Of a DNA stretch of 64,000 nucleotides, positions 56,404-64,000 are shown in pieces (within the stretch, counting starts at the first letter, position 1; every line of letters begins with the position of its first letter). The notes under the pieces were generated by a model, which was not told where the DNA came from, did not search any database, and saw only the letters and a list, made by a program, of their open reading frames with translations. The position numbers and the translations under genes were made by a program. The stretch lies in NCBI GenBank assembly GCA_934725985.1, contig CAKVCX010000002.1, positions 24,306-88,305 of the forward strand, given 5' to 3'. This DNA is from an uncultured Bacilli bacterium. Its GTDB lineage: Bacteria; Bacillota_I; Bacilli_A; RFN20; CAG-826.

Positions 56404-58269
56404 ATGGATAATTCTAAAAAACTGACATTACGTTGCATTAAAAAATATTTGACCATAGACAATGGGGAAATTGTAAAAGCTAAAATAAATTCATCTGGAT
56501 ATGAAGTTTTTACTGATGGAAAATTATTTGTCGTTCCTTTTACTAATTTCTTAGTTCCCTTAGAAGAAGGGTCAGTAACATTAGAAGAAGTAGAATCTTT
56601 TTTTAACGATTTTGACGAAAGAAAGACAATAGTAAAGTCTAATTATGAAAAAGATAGAGAAACATTAAATTTTCGTCTTTCTTTATTGACGTTAAAAAAT
56701 GTAGTTGAACGTTCTTATGCAAAAGGAGATTTCTCTTTACGCGATTGGGACTTATATTGCTATAACGCGATTTATCTGGATAAGGATTTATTTAGATTAT
56801 ATTTACTTGATGGATGCGATGAAAATGACCCATTTTTTAAAAAAGAGTCGACTTTGGTTTTTTCTTTTTTATGCGACTTAAAAAACCTAGATAAAAGTGA
56901 CATTCTTGCCGTTTCCGATTTTATAATCGATTTAAATAATGCTTATAAGGAGTTGGGCTGCAATCCTAGTTTTAAACAATATAGTTATAACCAACTTGCA
57001 CATATTTGCTCTTATTTCGAAATAAATAAAAATAAATTAGAAAACAATAAAGAAGCTTTGTATTTATATGATAAATGTTTAGGGATATTAAATGATAAAT
57101 ATCATTCCGTGAGAGCCTTAAAAACTTTAGCTTATTCTCATTATTTTGGAACTCCCTACGAAGCAGCAAACTATAAAAAGGCAGAAGACGACTTGCTTAT
57201 GCTTTATGGAAACGGAGATCCTCAGGCGGCTTATTTTCTTGGTTGTTTATATTTAGAACATAATCCAAATGGTTCTTCGGATTTAGAGCAAGCTTATCCT
57301 TTTCTATCCGTGGCTTCTTCCTTTGGAATAATGGAAGCTAAATTAAAAGCAGGGGATATATTATCTAACAAAGACTTTTCTAACTATTCAATAGACTTAT
57401 CCGATGAAATGTATAATCACGTCTATTACTATATGTTAAAAGATTTCGTTGATGGAAAGTATGCTTTGCCTTTTGCTGATTCTGCCTATAGGATTTCTCT
57501 TACTTTTAGAAACGCTGATTTTGGTCATATCGACTTGGAAATGGAAACAGGGTTTCTTTTGTTTGCTAGATATGCGATTAAGAAAAAATTATTAATTGCA
57601 AATAATCAAGATAATGTTTCTTTATCTTATTTAATTGATTCTCGGTATAAGGAAATAAAAATTGATGTAGATACCAATAATGAATTGACTAGCGAAAATG
57701 ATTTTTATTTTGGCTTTACTCAATTTTTTAAGCAATCTAACTTGGTTATGGTTAAAAATATTAAAAGAGATGGTAATTATATTTCCTTTGATTTGGAGTC
57801 TTTTTATGGAAACAAAACACTTTTATCTTTTCTAAAAGTAAAAAAAGCATGTTTTCTTAAATCGATTAGATACAAAATAGAAACTGATAAATCGACTTAT
57901 TTTCCAAGTAGGAGCTTTACTTTTTCTAATGCCGATGTGCACATAGAAAAAGATAATAATTATATTGTTTTTACGGGTTTATCTATTAAATCTAGAAGTA
58001 ATATTTATCTTCCTTTTGTTTCTTTTTTTCCTATATTGAATGAAGATAATGGCGAATTGGTTACCTTAATTAGCGTTAGTAGTGATCTAGACTTAATAAA
58101 CCCTTTAGTCAAAACGTTTGATTGTTTATGCATTGATGAAGAAATTAAACCTGGCGATTTGGTTTTGTTACCAAATAAAAATAAAGCCAAGGTTATTTCT
58201 ATACTTAAATGCAAGGAAGATGATTTAGTGTTGCCTAAAGAACTTTATGAAGTCGCAAAAAAGATATAA
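56404..58269 (+). CDS. Hypothetical cytoplasmic protein with central Sel1-like (SLR/TPR) repeats
   Basis: 621 aa from the ATG at 56404, with no signal peptide or TM. 'ANYKKAEDDLLMLYGNGDPQAAYFLGCLYLEHN...LEQAYPFLSVASSFG' is Sel1-repeat-like. The N- and C-terminal regions are unassigned. Confidence 0.55.
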   Translation: MDNSKKLTLRCIKKYLTIDNGEIVKAKINSSGYEVFTDGKLFVVPFTNFLVPLEEGSVTLEEVESFFNDFDERKTIVKSNYEKDRETLNFRLSLLTLKNVVERSYAKGDFSLRDWDLYCYNAIYLDKDLFRLYLLDGCDENDPFFKKESTLVFSFLCDLKNLDKSDILAVSDFIIDLNNAYKELGCNPSFKQYSYNQLAHICSYFEINKNKLENNKEALYLYDKCLGILNDKYHSVRALKTLAYSHYFGTPYEAANYKKAEDDLLMLYGNGDPQAAYFLGCLYLEHNPNGSSDLEQAYPFLSVASSFGIMEAKLKAGDILSNKDFSNYSIDLSDEMYNHVYYYMLKDFVDGKYALPFADSAYRISLTFRNADFGHIDLEMETGFLLFARYAIKKKLLIANNQDNVSLSYLIDSRYKEIKIDVDTNNELTSENDFYFGFTQFFKQSNLVMVKNIKRDGNYISFDLESFYGNKTLLSFLKVKKACFLKSIRYKIETDKSTYFPSRSFTFSNADVHIEKDNNYIVFTGLSIKSRSNIYLPFVSFFPILNEDNGELVTLISVSSDLDLINPLVKTFDCLCIDEEIKPGDLVLLPNKNKAKVISILKCKEDDLVLPKELYEVAKKI

Positions 58270-58373
58270 TTTTTTTTGCCTAATTAATTTAATAAGAGAT
58301 TTTAGACACAAAAATGCCAAGTGTTCAAAAATGTTTTTTACTATTTGCCGACATATATGTACAATTAACCGCG

Positions 58374-59669
58374 ATGAAAAATAAAGAAACCTTACAAGAA
58401 AAGATTAACCATAGGAAATATCATAGACCGAATAAATTTTTATATTCTGTTTTAAAGAATGTTGTTATAGATAAAATTCTTGCCCCAAAATACAACATCC
58501 ATTATCAAATAAATGATGATATAAATAAGGAAAAAGGCCCTTGTTTTCTTATCTTTAATCATCAGTCAAGAATTGATTATGTTTGGGCGGTCCAAGCTAC
58601 TTATCCAAGAAGATTAAATTTCGTGGTCGGTTATAATGAATTTTTTCGATCGCATCTAAAATTTATTTTAAAAATAGCTAACGCCATCCCTAAGAAAAAT
58701 TTTGTTATCGATCTTCCTTCAATGCGTGGCATTGACTCAATTATAAAGCAAGGCGGGACCATTGCTTTTTCTCCTGAAGGAATGTCCTCTATTTCTGGCC
58801 ATAATCAACCTGTTGTGGCGGGAACTGGAAAATTCTTTAAGCATTACGCCATCCCTATTTATTTATTAAAGACAGAAGGAGCATTTCTAACAAACACCAA
58901 GTCTTGCCTTGATGAAAGAAAAGGAAGAATCGATGCTCAATTATCAAAACTTTTTTCTAGCGAAGATTTAAAGCAATTGGATGCGGATGAAATAGAAGCT
59001 AAGGTCAATAAAGCCCTGACTCATGATGATTATGTTTGGAATGAAAAAGAAAAAGTCCATTATGAAACTTTTAATCACATATGCAAAGATATGGAATACA
59101 TTTGCTATAAATGTCCTAGCTGTGGGGCTGAATTTCAAATGAAAGGGGAAGGAGATAGAATCTATTGCAAAAAATGTGGCTGTGGGGCTAAAGTTGACGA
59201 CACTTATGCCCTTTCTCCCTTAACTAAAGATTCTAAGCTCCCAAAAAATATTTCCAATTGGTTTGACTTAGAAAGAAAAGATGTTTATAACGAAATAAAG
59301 ATAAACCCCCATTATGAGTTCAAAGAACAAGTTAAATTAGGGAAACTAGATCCTTATAAACCTTTAAAGAATAAGAAGACAAGTTTAGTTTGCGGCGAAG
59401 GTGAATTCATTATTAAACATGAAGGCGTTAGTTATAATGGCACAAAAGATGGAACTTCTTATTGCTTCAAGCTAGATTATGATGAGCTAAATACTTTTGG
59501 GATGCCTACTGACACGAGTTATCTTTCTTTATATTACGATGGTCAATATTTTGATATTATCCCTGCTCATCCAACTAGTATAAAAATGTTACTTCTAGTT
59601 GAAGAGATGCATAGACTTCATGTTAATAGGTGGAAAGCTTTGCCAAATGAAAGCTGGATTTACGATTAA
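58374..59669 (+). CDS. Lysophospholipid/glycerol-3-phosphate acyltransferase-family protein with C-terminal zinc-ribbon domain
   Basis: Carries 'LIFNHQSRIDY' (HX4D acyltransferase motif) and 'FSPEGMSS' (motif III-like). It also has 'CYKCPSCGAEF...IYCKKCGC' (CxxC...CxxC). I prefer the ATG at 58374. Confidence 0.7.
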   Translation: MKNKETLQEKINHRKYHRPNKFLYSVLKNVVIDKILAPKYNIHYQINDDINKEKGPCFLIFNHQSRIDYVWAVQATYPRRLNFVVGYNEFFRSHLKFILKIANAIPKKNFVIDLPSMRGIDSIIKQGGTIAFSPEGMSSISGHNQPVVAGTGKFFKHYAIPIYLLKTEGAFLTNTKSCLDERKGRIDAQLSKLFSSEDLKQLDADEIEAKVNKALTHDDYVWNEKEKVHYETFNHICKDMEYICYKCPSCGAEFQMKGEGDRIYCKKCGCGAKVDDTYALSPLTKDSKLPKNISNWFDLERKDVYNEIKINPHYEFKEQVKLGKLDPYKPLKNKKTSLVCGEGEFIIKHEGVSYNGTKDGTSYCFKLDYDELNTFGMPTDTSYLSLYYDGQYFDIIPAHPTSIKMLLLVEEMHRLHVNRWKALPNESWIYD

Positions 59670-60490
59670 TTCTTTTTTAGCTCGTTTATTGCCTTACTAA
59701 TATTAGATAGGTATCTTCCTTGGTAAGATTCTATCTCGCCTTTGTCACATAAAGAGGCCAAATTTGGGTCAATTGGTAAATAATCAATGTTTTTTATATC
59801 ATATTTTTGGCATAATTCTTCGATATTGCTTTTGCCAAATGGATATATTTTTTCTCCGCAGTGGGGACATTGACAATACGATAAATTCGATACTAAGCCA
59901 ATTACTGGTACATTCATCATTTTAGCCATTCTTATGGCTTTTTCTACGATTAAGGAAACTAAGTCTTGAGGCGAGGTAACTATAATGATTCCATCTACTG
60001 GGATTGATTGGAAAACCGTTAAAGGGACATCCCCTGTTCCTGGCGGCATATCAATATATAGTTCATCAACTTCGCCATAATCGACATTAGAAAAGAATTG
60101 CTCTATTAAGTTAACAATTACTGGTCCTCTCCAAATTACGGGATCGGCTTTATCTTCGGTTAGCTCGTTTAAGGAAATTGTTTTTATACCTGTTTTTGAC
60201 AACACTGGGAAGATGGTATCTTCATTGCCCGTGGCCATTTCGTTTATTCCAAAAATAGTAGGAATGGATGGACCTGTTATATCAGCGTCCATTAAAGCAA
60301 CTTCCTTTTTTTCTCTTCTAGCATTTACCGCTAATAAGGATGTAGTAAGGGATTTTCCTACTCCTCCTTTTCCTGAAACAACGGCAATTATTTTTTTAAT
60401 TGTAGTGTTTTGATGCGGCTTTAACTTTTCTATTTCTCTTTCATTGCAAGATTTGTTGCAACTAGAGCAATCGTGATTGCAATCTGGCAT
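59666..60490 (-). CDS. Mrp/NBP35/ApbC-family Fe-S cluster carrier ATPase
   Basis: Carries 'IAVVSGKGGVGKS' (deviant Walker A) and 'CQCPHCGEKIYPFG' (CxxC). The N-terminus is Cys-rich: 'CNHDCSSCNKSC'. Confidence 0.9.
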   Translation of the reverse strand: MPDCNHDCSSCNKSCNEREIEKLKPHQNTTIKKIIAVVSGKGGVGKSLTTSLLAVNARREKKEVALMDADITGPSIPTIFGINEMATGNEDTIFPVLSKTGIKTISLNELTEDKADPVIWRGPVIVNLIEQFFSNVDYGEVDELYIDMPPGTGDVPLTVFQSIPVDGIIIVTSPQDLVSLIVEKAIRMAKMMNVPVIGLVSNLSYCQCPHCGEKIYPFGKSNIEELCQKYDIKNIDYLPIDPNLASLCDKGEIESYQGRYLSNISKAINELKKN

Positions 60491-60894
60491 TACTTTTCCT
60501 CCAATAGGTTTAATAAATAAAATATTAATGTCTTTCTAGTTATTATTCCTAAAAATTCACCTGTAGGTGAAACAATCGGCAAGTAGTTTTGGTTAGCTAC
60601 TAAAGTTGCTATTTCTTCTAGTGAAGAATCAATCCTGCTACTTATTATTAGTCTTTCAATTTCAATTGAAGAAATGGGACTATTAAGCGATTTTTCAATA
60701 GAATTCTCGTCCATTATCTTTTTTAACAAATCGTAGGAAGATAATGAATACAAATATCTTTCCGAGCCTTTTTCTAAAACTGGAATCATCATGAAATGGC
60801 TTGATTTTATTCTTTCGTAGCATTCTTTTAAATTCATGTTGCTATAAAGGCAAGTCACTTTATTTTTTGATGTCAATAAATCTTCTATTTTCAT
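60490..60894 (-). CDS. CBS-domain pair protein
   Basis: 134 aa with a two-CBS-motif architecture ('MIPVLEKGSERYLYSLS', 'YLPIVSPTGEFLGIITR'). TAATG overlap with the mrp-like gene. Confidence 0.75.
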   Translation of the reverse strand: MKIEDLLTSKNKVTCLYSNMNLKECYERIKSSHFMMIPVLEKGSERYLYSLSSYDLLKKIMDENSIEKSLNSPISSIEIERLIISSRIDSSLEEIATLVANQNYLPIVSPTGEFLGIITRKTLIFYLLNLLEEK

Positions 60895-60969
60895 ATTTAG
60901 ATTATAAGTCTAAATAGATTTTTTTTATACGAAAATAGTCACACTTGACAAAGGTGGTAGACTATTTTC

Positions 60970-61839
60970 ATGTTAGAAGTTTTTATTGATTCATTGCTTG
61001 ATTCGTTAAAAATATTGGCTTTTGTTTTTGCTTTCCATCTTGTTTTTTCTTTCGTTGAAGATAAAGTCGCTTCTTTTTTAAAGGGAAAAAGAAAATTAGG
61101 ACCTGTTGTCGGATCTATTTTTGGCTTAATTCCAGAATGTGGGACTTCTATTGTCGCTTCTTCTTTATATTTGAATGGCCATTTGACAATAGGAACGCTT
61201 ATTGCTGTTTTCTTATCTTGTTCAGACGAGGCTTTGCCTATTTTGTTTTCTTCGTTCAATTCCACTTGGTATATGTCTTTTGTGTTGATTGGATTAAAAC
61301 TAGGAATTGCTATTTTAATTGGCCTGGCTGTTGATTTGCTTTTTTATAAGAATGGACAAAAAGTAGACGAGCATTTAAAAGAGTGTGAAAAAGAGGACGA
61401 AATCCATAAAGGCTGCTGCGGACATGAGATTGAAGGAGAAGAAAATAAGTGGAAGGAGCATCTTCTTCACCCTGTTTTGCATTCTTTAAAAGTATTTTGT
61501 TATGCCTTTGTTCTTTCTTTTTTGTTTGGAACGTTAGTTTATTATATTGGGGAAACAAATATTGAAAATTTCCTTACCAGCAATTTTGCCTTATCGCCTT
61601 TATTTGGCACTTTAATCGGATTGATACCGAATTGTGCTTCTTCAATTTTACTTAGCTCTTTATATATAGAAGGAGCGCTTCCTTTTGGAGCGTTATTGTC
61701 TGGATTGTTGGTTAATGCTGGGCTTGGGATGCTATTTTTGTTTAAAAATAAGAAAAGGATAAAAGACGCTTTGCTGATTCTTTCAATTTGCGTTATGGTA
61801 TCGCTAACGTTTGGCTATATTTTTCTTTATGTTTTTTAG
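60970..61839 (+). CDS. ArsP_2-type (PF11449) putative 10-TM metal/metalloid transporter
   Basis: Carries N-terminal 'MLEVFIDSLLDSLKIL...GLIPECGTSIVASSLY...TLIAVFLSCSDEALPIL' and the repeated 'GLIPNCASSILLSSLY'. The central loop is 'HLKECEKEDEIHKGCCGHEIEGEE'. Confidence 0.7.
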   Translation: MLEVFIDSLLDSLKILAFVFAFHLVFSFVEDKVASFLKGKRKLGPVVGSIFGLIPECGTSIVASSLYLNGHLTIGTLIAVFLSCSDEALPILFSSFNSTWYMSFVLIGLKLGIAILIGLAVDLLFYKNGQKVDEHLKECEKEDEIHKGCCGHEIEGEENKWKEHLLHPVLHSLKVFCYAFVLSFLFGTLVYYIGETNIENFLTSNFALSPLFGTLIGLIPNCASSILLSSLYIEGALPFGALLSGLLVNAGLGMLFLFKNKKRIKDALLILSICVMVSLTFGYIFLYVF

Positions 61840-62378
61840 ATTCCTCTAGTACCAGGGTAGATTGTTTTTAACCCTTCTTCTTTAAGAAAGAAATATACGA
61901 TTCTTTCAGCAAATTCGATCGAATAATACATTGAATGCCCCGTAATTATTTTATCATCTACTACCGAGCCCACATTTTCATATATGCCTTTTCCTTTTTG
62001 AAAACCTGGAAAGCAGGTGTAGTGCTTGTTGTCTAGAAAGCCATAATTACCAAGGATGCTAGGGGCGGCGCAGATAGCGCTAATTAATTTATCATGCTTA
62101 TAAAACTTGAGTAAAAGTTCTTTTAATTCCGATGATTTTGATAAATTATCAACTCCAATTTTACCGCCTGGCAAACAAATGAAGTCGTAGTCTTCCTCAT
62201 TTATTTGCTTTAGTGTTTTCTTTACTTTTACTATTGTATTGTTAGATGAGGCAATTTCTAATTTATTCAAACCAACTAGCTCCGATTCAATTTTTTTACT
62301 CCTTAATATAATATCATGGGTTGCTAAAGCCTCGACAGTTTCAAATCCATCGGCTAGAACAATGATTCCTTTATACAT
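61836..62378 (-). CDS. DJ-1/PfpI-family protein
   Basis: Carries 'DFICLPGG' and the nucleophile elbow 'ISAICAAPSILG'. 180 aa. Confidence 0.85.
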   Translation of the reverse strand: MYKGIIVLADGFETVEALATHDIILRSKKIESELVGLNKLEIASSNNTIVKVKKTLKQINEEDYDFICLPGGKIGVDNLSKSSELKELLLKFYKHDKLISAICAAPSILGNYGFLDNKHYTCFPGFQKGKGIYENVGSVVDDKIITGHSMYYSIEFAERIVYFFLKEEGLKTIYPGTRGI

Positions 62379-62695
62379 AATCTTATTACCTCTTCTTTCC
62401 TTGATTTTTAACGATCATATTATAGCTTTAAATTATCTTTCGACATTTATAACAATATAATTTTTGTAATTAAATAAAAGCATTAATTGAATACACGGAT
62501 TTATTAATTGACTTTAAAATTAGCAAAATGCATTATTTAATTATTGTTTTTAAGGAAAAATATAATTAAAAAGCAAATAATAATTTCATATATGGCTAAA
62601 TATAGAAAAAAATATATAAATAGGAAGCATAACTATCTTCGCTTTAATAGGACGGGTGAAGATATTGATATTCTTAATGAGAGAAAATATGAAAA

Positions 62696-62723
62696 TGAAA
62701 AAAGCGGAGCCTTTTCCTCCGCT
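62696..62723 (-). terminator. Rho-independent terminator of pcp
   Basis: On the minus strand: AGCGGAG-GAAAAGG-CTCCGCT followed by TTTTTT. It lies 24 nt past the pcp stop. Confidence 0.7.
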
Positions 62724-62746
62724 TATAAAGACAATATTGACGGGGC

Positions 62747-63295
62747 TTAGTTCATTCCTTGCAAATATTTATCTATGTAATCAAAAGCTTCTAAATTTTC
62801 GTTAACAGGACGGGTTTCATTTAGTGGAAGATGAACTAACAATGTTTTGTTATTTTTATTTAATGATAAGAAATAAATTTCATTGCAAACAAATCTTCCT
62901 GGATCGATCGCTACTCTAGAGGTAATTCCAACTGAAGCCAAATACTGTTCGATACAAAAAGGGTCTAGGGTAGTGGAAACACTTTTCGGGAGAGATTCAT
63001 CGATCGCTTCGTGCGTTTTAATTACCCCGTCGTTATCTAGTTGAGTCGAGTCCATCTCGTTATATGCATACTGTTCTAAAGTGATGTGACTTGTAAAGGG
63101 AGATAAGGCGCTTATAACAACAAAATCTGGCCTTGTTTTCTCGTATGCTTCTTCAAATTCATCTTTTGCTTTTTGATAGCTTACATCCAAAATAATTCCA
63201 TTATGCCCCTTTTTTATTAATTCATTGACTAATAGTTCAGACGGATTAATTGAGTGAGAAGCAAAAGGTTTAAAACCGATATATAGTATTTTCAT
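62747..63295 (-). CDS. pcp: Pyroglutamyl-peptidase I (peptidase C15)
   Basis: Carries 'MKILYIGFKPFASHSINPS', 'GRFVCNEIYF' (catalytic Cys) and 'LVHLP' (His). GGAG lies 8 nt before the ATG at 63295. Confidence 0.8.
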   Translation of the reverse strand: MKILYIGFKPFASHSINPSELLVNELIKKGHNGIILDVSYQKAKDEFEEAYEKTRPDFVVISALSPFTSHITLEQYAYNEMDSTQLDNDGVIKTHEAIDESLPKSVSTTLDPFCIEQYLASVGITSRVAIDPGRFVCNEIYFLSLNKNNKTLLVHLPLNETRPVNENLEAFDYIDKYLQGMN

Positions 63296-63375
63296 GCTTT
63301 TTTCTCCAATCAAAGTAAATCTATTCTAAAGCAAATTCTAATTTTAAGGTATTAAAAATTATTTTTAGCATTTTT

Positions 63376-63404
63376 TTGCAATCAAATATTTTTGCTGATA
63401 TAAC
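63376..63404 (+). promoter_or_regulatory. Orphan near-consensus promoter facing an ORF-free 225-nt stretch
   Basis: TTGCAA (63376-63381), 17 nt spacer containing TGa, then TATAAC (63399-63404). Confidence 0.4.
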
Positions 63405-63590
63405 TCGTCTTTATTTAATTGTTTGAGATTTGTTGCATACACGTTCTCAATAAAAGCATTAAATTAATGATTTTCCATCTATAAGAATCCATTCTATAGA
63501 AATTAGTAATAATACAATTGTTAATAAATTGTCTTACTTCATAGATTGCTTTGAAGAGTCAAATCTTTTTCTTTGGAAAGTAAAATCTAC

Positions 63591-63618
63591 TTGTCGTTAT
63601 TTTAAAAAGAAGTAAAAT
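63591..63618 (+). promoter_or_regulatory. Candidate proximal promoter for tRNA-Gln
   Basis: TTGTCG (63591-63596), 16 nt spacer, TAAAAT (63613-63618). It ends 11 nt before the tRNA 5' end. Confidence 0.5.
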
Positions 63619-63629
63619 ATCGTTTGCCT

Positions 63630-63704
63630 TGGGGTGTAGCCAAGTGGTAAGGCACGGGTCTCTGAAACCTGGATACGCTGGTCCGATCCCAGCCACCCCA
63701 GCCA
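63630..63704 (+). tRNA. tRNA-Gln (anticodon CTG), CCA encoded, atypical T-loop
   Basis: Acceptor TGGGGTG/CACCCCA (U1-A72), G73, CCA. D arm GCCAAGTGGTAAGGC. Anticodon arm CGGGT-CTCTGAA-ACCTG. T arm GCTGG-TCCGATC-CCAGC. Confidence 0.85.
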
Positions 63705-63714
63705 AAACAAAAAA

Positions 63715-63742
63715 AGAGATTGATTGGAATCTCTCTTTTTTT
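63715..63742. terminator. Bidirectional rho-independent terminator (tRNA-Gln / pepT)
   Basis: Stem AGAGATT / AATCTCT (63715-63721 / 63728-63734), flanked by an A-run and a T-run. Confidence 0.7.
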
Positions 63743-63758
63743 ATTTTTGATGGATTAT

Positions 63759-64000
63759 TTATTTTTTCATTATTTCTTTTACTATTTCTATCATTAAATT
63801 AAATTCTTTTATAGATAGATATTCATATCTTCCATGATGGTTATATGAACCAGTGCCTAAATTTGGGGTTGGGCAACCTTTAAAGGAGAACGTTGCCCCG
63901 TCGGTTCCACCTCTAATTGGTGGGAAGTGTGGAGTAATATTTAGTTTTTCAAAGGCCTTTTTTGCCGTTTCTATTGCTTCTGGATGCTTATCTAGGATTT
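63759..64000 (-). CDS. pepT: Peptidase T-like M20B tripeptidase, 3' end only (continues beyond window)
   Basis: My reverse-strand translation gives '...AFEKLNITPHFPPIRGGTDGATFSFKGCPTPNLGTGSYNHHGRYEYLSIKEFNLMIEIVKEIMKK*'. This matches the PepT C-terminus (GGTDG ... PNLGTG ... HG). It is not in the supplied ORF track because there is no start inside the window. Confidence 0.8.
   Translation of the reverse strand, partial: ILDKHPEAIETAKKAFEKLNITPHFPPIRGGTDGATFSFKGCPTPNLGTGSYNHHGRYEYLSIKEFNLMIEIVKEIMKK

Noticed and set aside
56255-58320. tRNA-His-adjacent genomic island containing the Sel1-repeat gene
   Set aside because: There is no integrase. I could find no duplicate of the tRNA 3' end and no visible compositional shift. 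It is kept only as a low-priority check under the Sel1 finding.
62544-62750. 68-aa basic ORF (TTG start; internal ATG at 62592) in the pcp/DJ-1 intergenic region
   Set aside because: It has no RBS. It reads straight through the rho-independent terminator hairpin of the convergent pcp gene (62696-62723) and overlaps the pcp stop codon. Its Lys/Asn/Tyr-rich composition is what AT-rich non-coding DNA yields. It is most likely not a gene.

Overview
AT-rich, very gene-dense chromosomal core region: about 60 CDS, 2 tRNAs, many 1-11 nt gene overlaps and few intergenic gaps. It comes from a low-GC Gram-positive-lineage bacterium. TGA is used as a stop codon (glpK, addB), so this is genetic code 11. 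The gene content points to an Acholeplasma-like Mollicute or an Erysipelotrichia relative, but this is inference only. That content is a PPi-type phosphofructokinase, a PASTA-less PrkC, a compact AddAB, Ser/Lys-rich proteins and an F-ATPase with a Na+-type c subunit.

Left to right the window holds:
- an EIIC-like membrane protein, an MFS transporter and glpK
- two small membrane proteins coupled to addB-addA, then an uncharacterised helical protein
- an RpiR-ROK-nagA-nagB amino-sugar operon
- a TGS-fused uridine-kinase-like gene on the minus strand
- pncA and pfp
- the complete atpIBEFHAGDC operon
- an orphan ATP-grasp gene, a thioredoxin-like lipoprotein and an Ig-like/VanZ fusion
- a choline-kinase-like gene with rqcH on the minus strand
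- gmk, priA, a DUF1904-like gene, a degenerate rsmB-like gene, rlmN, a PP2C phosphatase, a Ser/Thr kinase and rpe
- rpmB on the minus strand
- glgC-glgD-glgA and leuS
- an esterase, ppa, and a TetR gene divergent from a two-ATPase ABC system with an 800-aa permease
- a TrmH-family methyltransferase, VanZ, a NUDIX hydrolase and tRNA-His
- an orphan Sel1-repeat protein and an acyltransferase with a zinc ribbon
- Mrp/NBP35 with a CBS protein, divergent from an ArsP_2-type transporter
- DJ-1, pcp, tRNA-Gln(CUG) and the 3' end of pepT

I found no CRISPR array, transposase, integrase, prophage or recognisable defence island. The items most worth a second look are:
- the Na+-site signature with two carboxylates in the F-ATPase c subunit
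- a catalytically degenerate RsmB-like protein in the conserved priA-rlmN-stp-prkC cluster
- recurrent leaderless or short-leader promoter geometry
- the TetR/ABC module with its huge extracytoplasmic permease domain
- a tRNA-Gln with C55 in the T-loop
- several orphan uncharacterised genes

All family assignments come from motif recognition by eye, with no searches run.
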